From: Cycas panzhihuaensis
Taxonomy: Eukaryota; Plantae; Cycadophyta
Direction of reading: 5' to 3'
DNA: 64,000 nucleotides
Assembly: GCA_023213395.1 (NCBI GenBank)
Contig: CM041465.1
Coordinates: 191,153,741-191,217,740, forward strand
How positions within the stretch are numbered: the first letter of the stretch is position 1; every line of letters starts with the position of its first letter. Made by a program: the position numbers and the translations under genes. Below, piece by piece: positions 39,170-53,177 of this stretch. The notes below the pieces were generated by a model, which saw nothing but the letters and a program-made list of their open reading frames with translations, had not been told where the DNA came from and made no database searches.

Positions 39170-39360
39170 TTGTGTTATATTATTAAGTTGTGTATTATGT
39201 AAGGGTACTTTTTCACTTAATATGTAAAGTATACACCCACACTTTTCTAGTGTTGTATTATATTATAACTTAAGCATCAATGACTCTTTTGCCCTTTTTT
39301 TGTACATTTGCATATGTGTATATATGTTGGGCACTTATCCAACATGCAAGGTACTACATC
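39170..39360 (+). repeat. LTR fragment related to the solo LTR at 56355-56887
   Basis: GGGTACTTTTTCACTTAATATGTAAAGTATACACCCAC resembles the reverse complement of 56760-56799. Confidence 0.55.
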
Positions 39361-39429
39361 TAGTATGCCAGATATGATAAAGAGTTAATGTTATCATCTA
39401 CATACAATTAGCCTTGAGAATCCACTTGA

Positions 39430-39960
39430 TATTTGATAATCTCTTGTGCTTAATCCAAGTTCCTCAAGCCAATTGGGGCACTTATAATAACGGTTCTCAA
39501 AGCCACATCCTCATCAATAATCTTCTCAATTCTGAGTTTGTTAAAGGTTAATGGGATTGTTACTCTTTTATTATCATTTCTTATCTTCAAAGTGACTTTT
39601 CCCCAATCTTGGATGAACTTGGTTGGTAATGACCAAAGGCAACCCAATAAGCTAGGGTAGGTTTTATTATGGTTTTACATTCAGACCACTATAAACTCCA
39701 ACACTACCATAATTCATGCAACCTCCAAACATTGTCAAAAGTATGGCCATGCTAAACTTGCTTTTTTTTTTCTTACTAGTATAGTCAAATAGCCAAGGTG
39801 GATGACTATAAATCTACCAAAAACTATATAGCTTATTTTTTGGAAAACATTTACTCTATATCCCCCATATACAGTGGTTTTATAGATTACCTCCCCAAAA
39901 ATACGTACTAGAATATGAGAAGTACTAGCATTAATTTTTAATACTATCAAGATTAGTTGT
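39430..39960 (-). pseudogene. Athila-like gypsy protease-region remnant
   Basis: TTVYGGYRVNVF and YPSLLG.W..QDW resemble the VIVDGGAVVNVL / YRTLLGRSW..QSW protease of the 53820-63012 element. Confidence 0.55.
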
Positions 39961-40706
39961 TCAATCTAGTTGAATAATAATTATTAAAAATATCCTACTT
40001 CCCACAAGAAAAACATAATTGTAATATGAATCATAATTCCTAATTAAATTCAATTCTTACAAGGGCTACAATATCTATCAAGGATTCATCTATGGAGATG
40101 CTATTATAGTTCTATTGTCCTTTGTTCAAAGTGTGTTTATGAGCATCTTTATTGTTGGATCAAATCTTAAAAAATAATGAACTTTTGTCTCATGTAAACT
40201 AATCCTTTATGTTATAGTGGTGGTATGTCTTGAATGACTATTGCTTATTATTATTATTTTTCCATCGCTTACTAATTCAATCTATGCTACCTCTTGTAAT
40301 GCTTTGATGGCTTGTTACATCTAAACTCTTTCTAGTGCTAGTTTAAGAAATTCTAATTCTTTTACTAACTAGGCCCATATTTTTCTACTACAAATCCATG
40401 AACATGAGGCATTATTTCCAACTTTTACCAGGTCATTGTTTAGAACTTTAATGGGCAAAGTAGAAGTCTGAATTTTGTTGGCCAAGTTTTTTGGATAGTT
40501 AAACCATTTGTGGTCAACAAAGTCATAGTCCTTGTAAACAAAATCATCTCCATTATGTTCTAGCAAGCAATCTTCCCTCGTATGCTTCAAGCATGCTCAT
40601 AAATAGTAATAAGCTACTCTTGTATTTATTTTATACCACTTAAAGGAGCTAAGATCAATTCTTTGATGAAGCAAATTTCAAGTGCTTTGTGTTGGATTAT
40701 GGTATA

Positions 40707-41103
40707 GCCCTTGATACCACAATGATGGATTAGAGGTGAAGAAAATAATAATAGACCCCAGCTATATACAAAGAAAGATTAATGAGGTGAATGAAAGATA
40801 AATTAATGAATGAAACATGTACAAGTAATAGACACAACATATAGGTAAAAGAATGATCAAACTTCAGCTTATTAAAAAAATCATATACATACTTATAAAA
40901 CATCTCACCACATATGAGAACCCTTAAAGGTCAACCATTATATATTATTACATTTATCAAGGTAACACACATCGTAAGGTGACTATGAATATAAAAATTA
41001 AATAATATAAGAGAGCATGTAAATGAAGTTAGAATGTAATTAGATATTACATCTAATATATCCTACTATAATATATAATTACATCAAATCAAATGTCACA
41101 TCA
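40707..41103 (-). repeat. Probable 5' LTR (40723-41103) with adjacent Met PBS
   Basis: TGATG...CATCA termini; minus-strand TGGTATCAAGGGC immediately inside. Confidence 0.5.
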
Positions 41104-43014
41104 AAAATATAAATTTGAGTCTTAAAATATTTTGTTGAAACAAACTACTTTATATAACATAAAGTGTTGTTGATATCCATATAAATTGAGCTTCATCCAT
41201 TAGATTGCATAGTGACTAATCGTTGTGATTGCTAGTTAACTAAGTTGCTCCTTTGTGTATATGGTTTTATCAGTGCTAAGTCAACTATATTCTAGGAGCA
41301 CACTATCTTATGTGCCTAAACAAGTGAGTTGATAATAGTGCAAGTGTAGCTTAAAAAATAACCCACCTCTTATTAATATAGAACTTAAGAGCATTTATCA
41401 TTGGTTACAAATACCGAAATAACAATAAAATGGCCTTCTTAGCCTTACATAAAGGCACTATAGTCTCATAATTTGCCTCTAAATGCTTACAAATGCCTCT
41501 ATGGACTCTCAATTACTTTTATGGGCTTAAATTTACCTCTATTGGCTATATAATATCCAACATTATATGTTACATTGACGTAAAATAAGATGTGACTCAA
41601 TAAATATAAAATGACACTCTCTAATGATATTTTTGACAAATTTAATGTAAAATTTAATTCTCTAAAGCATAAAGTAGAGCCTATATAACATTTTTTACAT
41701 TACCCCCCTATTTTGGAGTGCATTACATTAATATAATAATGATCAAATGTGTGGAATCTTTAAAAATGAATAAAAATACCAAAAAATATTTTAAAATTTA
41801 TGAAAAGATAAGTTTTAAAAAATATTTGTCTTTGGACTAAAATTTTTCTATTAAATTAACTCTAAAATAGCTCATGTGACCCTCCAAATCAAAGAGCTCT
41901 AAATAAGGAATTCAACACATCTTTTAAATTTGAAAATGAACTCTCCTAACTTAAATTATAGATGAAATTATAAAGCCATGTCATTAAAAGAATGATAAAG
42001 AGCTAAAAATTAAAATCTTAACATTTTCATCATTGAGTTGGAGGTCACATGAACACTGCAGGTGATTAAGGGCTGACCAATTAGAGGGCTAGTGGATTTG
42101 AAATATTATCAAGTATGATTAATTCCATTTTTACATTTGTAAAACAAAATGTTGTTGTTTCCTATAAATTTTTAAATCTGCCCAAAGTGAAAAAAAAAAT
42201 TACCAAATTGAAAACCATTCCACCAAATCAAAATCAAAATATCGTGCCATTATTTCAGGTTTTTTGCCCAATTGTTTTTTTGTAGGCTCGTTGTGTTCTT
42301 TGGCGATGGTGTTGCAAGATCAACTCGAGTGTTGCTTATCTCCTCCACCTGGCGGTTATGTCGGCTATAGCAATGATAACTTCTTTGATGCATGGTTGCA
42401 ATGTCAATTCTCTGATTGATGAGGCTTATTTCATCTACCCTCATCATGCATCAACCTCATTTTGTCTGTCGAGTCTCTAAGGATGCTTCTAGAGCGATGT
42501 AGATGTGCAACCATGTCTACAAAAATCTCACTTCATCTATTTATCAACAATCTCATTTGTTCTTAGGCGATTATGTGGCCATCAACCTTATGCTTTCTTC
42601 ACCTTGCCATCACCTACAACTATGGCTTCTTGGCATTCTTCCATCATGCTTGGTTTGCATCTTTTACTCATTTGTCAACCTCGGGTGAGGTGCTTCTTTG
42701 TGGGGTTGGCACCATGCTTCTTTCTCCCGTTACGCTTTTTCATGCATCTCATAGAATCTTGATTAGGAGAGTTACAATCACCAAATCTTACCCCATATGC
42801 ACCTACACTTCCATTCTATGACCTCTCTCGCATGGCATCCTCTTCCCATGACTATCCATGCTTTTCTAATACATAAAACACTTTTAATTTTTTAATATTA
42901 TGTTATCACATTTGTATAATTGTCCACTGCCATTTTGACTATTTATAGTGGTTGTTATACATATATATAAACATGCACTAGAAGTTACAATAATTTGACC
43001 AACAAGTACTTTTA

Positions 43015-43020
<6 letters not shown>

Positions 43021-43092
<72 letters not shown>
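43021..43092. repeat. (TA)n microsatellite
   Basis: Direct inspection. Confidence 0.98.
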
Positions 43093-43095
<3 letters not shown>

Positions 43096-45333
43096 AACTT
43101 TGGTCTATAGCTACTTTATCAGCAACAACTAAATTCCCTTAATGTATTCTTACAAATAGGACTTCAGAAATTTCAAAGAAATGCATGCTAATAAGTAAAA
43201 AATTCTTATTATTAGGAAGCCAATTTTTAATCCTACGAATGGTCAAAAAATGTTTTATTGATTGTTGTGTATAACCCCTCTACAACTTGTCTACTATCTA
43301 GTAAAGAGTATGTCATATAACAATTGAGATATGCTCTTTTTTCTACTTCAAAATATTGTATTTGTGACCACCATGAAATACTTACATGTAAAATTTTTAT
43401 GGACCCACATGCATGAAAATATAGGTCACAAAAAGTGTATCAAAATCGGCATTTTCCCGTACAAAACGCCTTACTTTATTGCTTTCAAAAATAGCTTTTC
43501 AATAACATCAAGTAACTTTTAACATGACTTAAAAATAGTAATAATCAACCCTAAAAATATTACAAAAATAATAGTAAAACAATCCTTAAACTTTACATTT
43601 GTAACATTGTAAAATAGCCTAAAAATGTATTAAAATACAACCCTTAGATATCTTGTAAAAACTCTTCAAAAGAAACATTTTGACAAGGCATTAAATAGTT
43701 ACGTATAAATTACTAAAACTTTCCATGGAGGTCTTCCTCTATAAGACCCTCCATTCATGCCTCTAGTAGCATCTTGGATTTTCTTCTTGGTTGTGTGTTG
43801 ATTCAAAATTAACTCAATTACTTGAGGTGGTTGGTTATCTAAGAGAGGAATTGTTGATTTATTATTTATTCCATCCCATCTTTGGTTGTCATTTTCCTTC
43901 TAGAAAGCTTATCATTCTTTAGCTGGCCCTTTCTCTATAGTCATGTTTATTTTATATGACTTCAACCTCTATTTTGGCAAAAATAATGTTCTTTCTCTCC
44001 AATTCAATTCTTTTCTTAATCCCAACATTCTCCCTTCTTTCCTATAGTGCGTTGGCACTCAAAAGGTTGCCTTTGATGACATAAGAAGACCCTTGACTCT
44101 CCAAGTTGTACAAATTATTGTTAATCTATAACCTAATACTCGAATGCTCTTGCAAATGGATTAGACTAGAATGTAAGGGTTTCAAGATGGCATAGAATCA
44201 AGGTGTGCTCTGAATGTGGACCACATCAATATAGCAATCGACTTGAGTGTATTTAAGATGTTAATCAATTGTGATTCTAAAACTTCAAACATCACATACC
44301 TAAACTATTCACAAACAATTCCTCATGCAAATATCACATCCTATATGTAGAATTCAATAGAAACTCCCTTAAAACTCTATACTAGATGGTCAACATCTAA
44401 TCCTCTCAGAGTCGGACGCTGAACATTGTTACAATGATGACAACAACTTACATAAGCATAGATCTAGCTAGAAAAAATGGTTTATTTCTACAATAATCTA
44501 TTAGCGATGGCTTTCCACTGTGTTTTTTACATTCACATTCAAGAACAACGAACTCTTATGCTAGTTGTCGACTATTCCTAATTACCTTTTACTTTATTTA
44601 TAAAAATAGATTAACCTTTTTCTAATTAAAAATTAATACCAATATGAAAAATTTTCAACCCTAATTTGTTCCAGTCACACTTTGTAATAGTTATAGCCTC
44701 TATGCTTTTCATTTTCTAAACACCATTGATTACAATATCAATACATTTGATCCTTGATGACTTCATAGCAATCACAATCATTGAGTTCTAATTACAATTG
44801 TAGTTCATATCTTCCATTCCTCAAAGTTTGCTCCATTCAACTGACAAAGTGTGTGTCACTTCACCAACACACAATTTACTTTAAACCATTTTGACCTAGT
44901 CTTTTCAAGATTTTTTAGAATTGAAACTCAAAATTCATTTTATTTTATTTTATCTTTTATTTTCTTCCATTATTTACTTTTATTTTAGATGTCTCTAATA
45001 CACTTGCATGCTTGCCTTCTTACTTGTATTTTCTTATATTTTCACTAATAGAAACAACAAAAACTTTTTATTCCTTCCATTTATTTCTTACATTTGTAAC
45101 CATTCTTTTATTTAATTGTATATTTTCACACATTAATTGGACTTTGAGAAGTTACTCCACTTGCTTTTTTTTTTCTTTTTTGAAGGTGAAAAGAAATATC
45201 ATTGAAATATAATACTCCACTTGCTTTTACAATATGAATTTCACTTAAATAGTGTTATGTTTGTATTTGAAACTCAACTTTTCAAAAACAAATTGTAGTT
45301 TTGTTTTTCTTCCAACGTTCTTTTTGTGATTGT

Positions 45334-48300
45334 TGTAAAACTATACACACACAATATATGATAAAATTAAAATGAACCACTGCCAAAACTAGAATCAATT
45401 TCTTATTTAAATTTATAATACATTAAAGATTTTGTGTACATATAGCTTTTGCATTAATTCGTTACAAAAATAAGAATACGAAGGGGTTGATTATACATAG
45501 TGATACAACACCTTCTATGATCACATCACAATGACGTTACAAAATGTGTATGTACAAATGACCCCACACACATAGAAGTCACAACATTAATTTGTGACTT
45601 AATCCAAACTATGACAATAGGACCGTCAACTTAAAACATTAAATATCTAACCCAAAATTAAACATTATCTTCCATTATCCATCCATAATATTTAATTTTT
45701 ACAATAAATAATTGTATCAAATACAATTCATGTTCTTTCATCATCAATCTGCTTCATTAAAAAAAAACATTGACGTCCATATAAAGATATCACCATCCAT
45801 TGGATCATATAGGTGACCAATCGTTGTGTCCATCAGTTGTCTAGGTAATGTCTTTACATACATGGTTCATTAGCGCAGAGTAGATCTCAATCAGAGGTAT
45901 ATCCCAAAAGCAGGTCGAACTACCTGACTAAACATATACAATAGAGCTAGACATTCTATCAAAACATCTATACTGCTATATGCTAAGAGAATGCAAACAA
46001 TGATGCACTTATTGCGTAGAATACTAACTTAAAAATCAATATATGAAGGAAGTGGCATTTATGCCATCTTCCATAAGAAGGGAAAACACCATTACTAATA
46101 GTGATGATGATGGCAAAATAATTATGCATCCAAATTATTACATCATAATAAAAAGCTATAAGGAGGACAAATTTGTTATGCCTTTAAACCCATAAATATT
46201 ATATTTACATCTGACATAAACTGAGATAAAATTGAGTATAAGAAATACATTTGCAAAATTGTAAATCAGTCAAACATGGCTACTGTAATAGCATCAATAA
46301 CTATAGTTTCTTATATAAATAATAGGAGAAAGACAAAGTCTTGATCTAGTTATACGAAAAACATGCAAATATAAAATGTTGTCATGAAAATTGCTTCTTA
46401 ATAGGTGGCTATTGATACCACCAATCAACATGGTAGCTATGCCTCCCATTGCCATAGTCAATCATTATAATGACTGCAGATCTCCAACAAAAATACTGAA
46501 TCGACAACTGTAATTGCCACGTCACTCATACCCGGGGTTTGACCCACTACATCTATACTCACTGAAAACTTCAGCAACATCATTAATGTATCCTAGCAAG
46601 TTATCCACCCACTTATGCACAGTAATGCACCTTCAAATTAAGTTGATAGCATAAAATGAAACCACCCTCAACCAGTGCAATTCTAAGCAACCCAAACATA
46701 GGAACATATCACTGAAATAACCTCAAGCATCCCTCTTTGACGAGACCATAAGTTTTTCAATGGTTGTAGTAGAAAAGTTAATGGTGGCATTTGCCAAAGA
46801 AAATCCACTATTAATAGCATGGTAAATACGATCTCGACCTCCTTCCATAGGACGACCTATTACACAATGTACGAGGGCTTCTAGGAAATATTGCCCAAAC
46901 TATTCTCTATACTACCCCATTTATGAACGACCTATATTCCTATCTTTTGCTCTTTTGATAAATGGGTATCGACTTTGAAATCTCTCTTGCAGCATATAAT
47001 CTGTCACATCTGCATGCATTACACATTTCCAGAAGTGCTCCATTCAACTTAAGAAAAAAAAGATACAACTCCACCAGATGCGACACCGAAATGATGTCCA
47101 ATATGTAATACATGCTCTCTGTTGCTTCATGCATTTGTTTAGCATCCAACATATGTACAAGAGAGGATTCAATGTTCTCTACCTCAAGCTTTATTGCAAG
47201 ATCATTGTGTCCTCTACCTCAATCTAGTCTCCTCCCCATACTAGAGATTTTGTCAACATCATTTGCCTCAACGACAAACTCAACCATTTCAAGAATGGCA
47301 TGTTCAACTCCTGAACATCCTTTGAGCTTGAACCTCTCTCAAGTTGACATCACCAATAATAAATGACTTTGAAACCAAAACAGATTCTTCAAACGCATCC
47401 TCTGCAAATTCATTATAGTCTTGTTCACAACTCTTTGACACGCTTTGAGCCTAAATGAGAGTTTTGATCCCACTATTTGCTTTCTCAGAAATAAACTCTA
47501 CTCCAATTTCAACATCTGCAGGCACTTCAAACCCTAATGCAAGTATGTATCTCTCTATACATGCATGTGCCACATTCCTTTGATTTTTCATTCATGCTTC
47601 TTCTTCATCTAGCAATCGTGGCAGCAAACTAGGATCAATTCTTCCCATTTCGAAGTTCAATTTTGTAGCTTCAAGATTAATCTATCAATTTCTTAATGGA
47701 GGACTTCAGAGTTGCATGTTTTAACCATAAATTTTGCTCGGGCATTTTGTTAAATGGATGGTGTGCATCCACAATCTTCGCACATGTCCAATGAAAGAAA
47801 AAAACGCTAGACAGAACCATAGCTTTATGAACAAAACATTCACAACCCTTGCAATGCAAGCGTACCTACAACTCTATAATCTCCATGCTAGAAAGAGTAT
47901 GCAATGGGATATGAATATTTTTTGTGCAAGGAAGAAGCTACCATGGTGCATTGTATAGAGAGCCAATTATAAAGACGACGATCATTGTAAAGCTGGTAAA
48001 CTTTACAACAAAGAAAGCCTCCAAAATAATCTATTGGGTGGTGCTCCTTCCCTTTTCCCCTTTTGGTTGCAGAGGGCGGGCCCTTGCGAGCTTTCATAAA
48101 GCAGTGAAACAGATCGCCAACTATCTATGCTCATCTACTTCTAGTATAGTTGTTGGGCATTTCAAATATCAAATGGGTTCTCAACATTTGATCTCTATAT
48201 GTTTATTTCTTCTGAAAACATAAATGGGTTGCATGACGAAGTATGTGGGGCTAATTGCCTTCTCTAGGGTTGACCCACTAACTCAAAATTGCAATAGTTA

Positions 48301-49045
48301 ATAATGGCTGCATATATTGAACGAAAACATCCACACAAGCCCCCAAAAGATAAACCCCATATGCAGAGCCTGTTTTCTCTCCCCAAACTTTTGTTACAAG
48401 GTGAGTTTACATTTTTACACAAAAAAACACAACTACAAACGTGATTCTCCCAATTTATACTAACAAAATATTTGATTCAAATCTATATTTTATGATGCAG
48501 GCATGTACCTTCATACTCAAGCCCAAAGCTGCTTTCCATAACTCCAAGTTTGAGAAAGCATGTCTTATTTTTTAGAACCTTCTTATTCTAGAATTTAGAA
48601 TTTCAACCTCCTACATGCTATCTGTACAAAAATAACATACATACCAAATTTGAGAAGTGCCATCCCGAGAGGAAGGATAGTTGTCCTATCAAAGCATGCT
48701 CTGATACCAAATGTAAAACTATACACACCCAATACACAATAAAACTAAAATGAACAACCAAAATTAGAATCAATTTTTCATTTATTTTTATAATGCATTA
48801 AAGATTTGGTGTATATATATAACTTTTGCATTAATTCGTTACAAAAATATGAATACGAATGGGTTCATCATGCAAGGTGACACATGGCATTATGTATGAT
48901 CACCTCAAGGTTACAAAATGTGTGTAAAAATGACCCCATACACAGACGTCACAATATTAAATCGTAACTTAACCCAAACTATGACAATAAGACCCGCAAC
49001 TTAAAACATCAGATATCTAACGTGAACTGAAAATTCATAATAACA
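45334..49045 (-). mobile_element. Non-autonomous LTR element (LARD/TR-GAG-like) with mosaic interior
   Basis: Direct repeats 45334-~45665 and 48712-49045; perfect Met PBS TGGTATCAGAGC at 48698-48709; no RT/INT; no clear TSD or PPT. Confidence 0.78.
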
Positions 49046-52000
49046 CGGGTTATTCTTTGGAAATAACTAATTTGAAAAATCAAACAACCTATAAAATTGA
49101 ACAAGACCAAGGCACATTTTCTTTCTATCACTTTATTCTCATGATAGATTGTGTTCATGCCATTGAGAATCAGCATTCTAAATTCTAACTTTTATTTGAA
49201 CGAGCAAGCAACTAATAAAACTTTGAATTTATTTTTAAAATTTATTAAACAATAGCATTGTATTGGTTGCATCGATAATGGTATACAAGTTCCCCAAGGT
49301 ATTTGCATCTCGCGAACAAGTTGTAGAACCATTCAGTTTTTGTGGATTGATAAATCTATTTCACGCATTGATTCTTTAGTTTAGCGTAGATCCATTCAGT
49401 TTTTGTAGATCCATAAATCCACTCCATGCCTTGCTTCTTTGGTTCAGCAATGAATTCAGCATCCTCCAATGTTTGAAAATTCTAACAATTGAAGAAAAAT
49501 TCTGTTCATATTTTGAGGGAATGATTCAAATTTTGCATTACAATATTGAATTAGAAATGACTAATTTTTCATTCATGAATGACAAAATAGCTAATCGCCC
49601 GGATCCACACAAATGCAACAGCGTACTTCATCCCAATCCATAGAAGTTGGAGGAGGAGATTTTCAACAAATATGTGGTGTCCACAAGCTGTCATATAGTC
49701 CTAACTCATAAATCATGTTGCTAATTCATCTGATTTCAGAGCGCAGCCTCATCGAATTAAGTGACTTGAATAATGAAAATTTAAATTTTTGTTCAACACA
49801 ATGTGAAGAATTAGGATGGAATTGTTGTGACTTGAAGTTTGCCAGGGTCCCATCTGATTGTTTACATCTAACAATTTTAATATTCTCTTCCCTGTCATAT
49901 GGAATTGTATTGGTCTAACCAATGATAAGATTTATGCAGACCTCATTTGCATCTTATTATCAACATCATCCTGATTAGGGTGGGTTGAGGATCTCATCAG
50001 GTTGGTCTGGGCATCTTACTGCATAACTCACAAATATGTGTTTTGTGGATATAAATGTCAATCATCTAACCTGGGTTAAATATAAATGTTGATCAAACAC
50101 ATCTATGCATAGCAAACTAACAACACCCTGTGAATGCTGGTTAACCACAACTTTGCCTCCCTGATTTGGCATATTCCTGCAAATTTCTTGGTTATCATGT
50201 GATGCATTTGAAGAAAATGCAATCATCTTTTCCCATTAAAGACGATGTTATTGTTATATTTGGTAGAAAGAGTCTTTTTGTTCACTATCGAGGGCCTTGG
50301 TTATCATATGCTCCTCTCTTTTATAGATCTTGTGCTGTCATAACTTCAAATAGAGGGTTGGGCAAGGGCGAGTGATTTCAACAGATCAGATCCTCATCAT
50401 CCAACACTTCTCAAACTGAAGAAGTTTGTCTTCAGAACTACATCTTAAAAACTGTCATGGTTGTAATACGTGCAACATTGTGATCTCTCTTGTGCCTTTT
50501 TTCATGATGCATCTTAATAGTCAACCACAAAAGACCATTAAAATTGGTTGGTGGAGATTCTTTGCTGGCAGCCTCAAACAGAGATGCCTGCATGGCACTT
50601 GCGACACCGTAAAAGGATATACACTCATAATTGGTATGCTGTCAATGCCAAACAGCTGCCTAAACCGAAGGCATTCTTCACATTATCGTACATATTTGGA
50701 CATGTATCTTCCATAAAACCCTAGCCCTCTAGGGTAGACACACCAACAATCCTTCCCAAACATTTGCTGCTCATATCAATCACACTAGCATCTTAAAATA
50801 ATCCACTCCAGCCCTTGGTCCACTATTTGATTCTACCAATAAACGTAATAAAACATATTTACAGCGAATCTGAACTTGGCAGAACACACAATGTAGGGAA
50901 ACAACCGACAATATTTCCTTATCAAATACCTTTCAACAGTGTTTTCAAAAAAATTAATTTGAATACCTTCGCCTTCATCGTCTCCACCAGGACGCATTCC
51001 ATTGAATAATAATACTACCAGGTAATGAAATGAGAGGTCCAAATGGAAGCACATACACTATATATCTTTGAACAGTAGCAAATAAAGCAATCCTCAATTA
51101 TCCATTTAGTAATAAAGCAAATGCATTGATGAATATAAATGCAAGCAAACCTAATGATTTATAGATCAAGCAAAATTTGCTGGGAAACTCCAGGTTGGAT
51201 GATAGTTGAGAAATCTTCAGCGCAGCTGCTATTTAAAACTAAAGTGAAGTCCATTGCCATAAAATGCTTCTAAGAATGAGCTCAAAGGCACAGCAACATT
51301 AAATCTATTCATAACAGATTTGAATTTGCATTCAACATAACAGAATGTAAAACAGCAGTCAATGAACCTCAATAATGGCATAACACCAACCAAAATCCTA
51401 CACCCAGACTCCCAACAACACTTTGCAACATATAAGCAGAGTCACTAACGACAAAATGAACTGGATGCCCAAACTGGCTTATGATTGTGTACCTTGATAA
51501 AACCTTGAACCATCAATACCCATTCAAATCAGTTATGATATGCGTCTAGACTTAAAAGGTCCTCAAAACATGCACGATATCTCAATCTCAATTCTGTATA
51601 GACTGCATTGTCTGGTTAAGACCCATAACAAAAGTGGCATTTACTGGTCCATATATGCCTTTTCCTTCCACTCTCACAATTCCCATTAAAATTTCTTGTG
51701 CATGTATATATCCAGGTTCTCTCACATTGAAAGTAAAATGACATAACTGCTACATAATGCAACCAATACTGGAGTAATAAAGACAAGAATTTGCTGACCA
51801 CGTCACTTACCTAGAATCTCCTTGGAAATGAAAGAAAAGATATTTACATTGTTTGTTCCACGTTAGTTTTGCAAAACCATAGATGGCGCATAAAGAAAGT
51901 GCCATGTTAAAATGGCATGAAACCTTTTGATGACCCCTTTCGCAAAACCAATGAATATAAATACACATATTTGATTCAGTCCAAATCTCACTGCTTTTGA

Positions 52001-52182
52001 AGAAGTACATTGTCATTGATGGGTTGATGATGATGTATAACAAAAACCTCTTGCACATGGCTAAAGATTACCCATAAAGAATTTCTGTAACAAGGGAAAT
52101 GCCACCATGACAATTACACGCATTCCCTCCCCATACCATAGCAACAATCCTCACCATACTCCAGGAATAAGTGAATTTACTG

Positions 52183-52521
52183 CTATCTTGTTTGAGCATT
52201 TTCTCCTGCATAAATAGATACAATACCATCTGTTGCTCCCGCGCCAAGAAGCACACTGTATGGGTGAAATGACAGGCAACTTACAGGTCCTATTCTCTGC
52301 CCTAAAAAGCTATTGTGATAACGCACCGTGCTTAACTGCTCCCCATTTATATTGAACACCTTAATATATTGCTTTGCAGAGCCGCTTGCAATAACTGGAG
52401 CATGTCTGTGAACAGCCAATGCTGTCAAAAAGCCCCTGTGAGCATCAATTGTCAAATAGGGACTTGTGCTCTTCCTTATGTCAAGAAACTGAATATCTCC
52501 ACCCTGGGAAGCACTCACTAT
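52183..52521 (-). CDS. RAPTOR: Regulatory-associated protein of TOR, last coding exon (C-terminal WD40 repeats)
   Basis: [16 protein letters not shown]...[28 protein letters not shown]...[23 protein letters not shown] is the plant RAPTOR C-terminus; acceptor TTTTCTTTATTGGCAG at 52522 (phase 0); TAG stop at 52183-52185; intact frame. Confidence 0.96.
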   Translation of the reverse strand: MVSASQGGDIQFLDIRKSTSPYLTIDAHRGFLTALAVHRHAPVIASGSAKQYIKVFNINGEQLSTVRYHNSFLGQRIGPVSCLSFHPYSVLLGAGATDGIVSIYAGENAQTR

Positions 52522-53177
52522 CTGCCAATAAAGAAAACTCAATAATTAGCTCATAGCAACACAGAAATGCTACAATAATTAGCTCTATAAAGATTGCCGT
52601 TTTACAGAGAAACTAACTCTAACAAATCCAATATGCTATATATTTGCTTGAAAATTTTCATGAAAGGCTAGCATACCAGCAAGAAAAACAAGGTACCAAA
52701 AGAAAATGTGTTTCAAATGTATGGCACTGCTCAATAAAATAAAATGATATATGTCATATATGTTGCTTCAGTTAAGAAAAAACTACAAAGCAGGTCAACT
52801 AGTAGCATCCAACCCAAGCTCTTCACAAGCTCCTAAAGGTCAAATAATCTTGCCATGACCTGTTCAGTGCTACATCAAAAGCCACATGCAGCCAACCAAG
52901 TGATAACAACAATTCGTATTCAGTTTTCTCGACTTTTAAATCATTTCATAAAAATTGCAAATTTGATTCACATGAACTCTTCAAAATTTCACAAATATAT
53001 AGAGAGTTCGAGTACATGATGCACTTCAAGTCATCAAAGACATTTTAGGAGGATGTCTTGCTACCATGAGTAAAGCTGGTAAGAAATTTAGGGGAAAATA
53101 TTTTTTCACAGATGAATTAGGTAGTTTGATGGTATGAAAATTTTCGAGTTGAAACATGATACAAAATTAGATACTAA

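Noticed and set aside
42884-43096. ORF with poly-IY
   Set aside because: Product of the (TA)n microsatellite
41110-45330. Possible DNA-transposon (MULE/PIF/hAT) remnants and GC-richer patch 42240-42870
   Set aside because: No convincing TIR/TSD pair or transposase motif could be read by eye; left unannotated
46470-46510. FSIFVGDL resembling an RRM RNP2 motif
   Set aside because: Only 8 residues with no supporting context
45329-49050. TSD for the 45334-49045 element
   Set aside because: Flanks ATTGT and CGGGT do not match; boundaries or TSD have decayed
52522-52542. ORF-track start MSFLYWQ for RAPTOR
   Set aside because: Intronic polypyrimidine tract and acceptor; the exon starts at 52521
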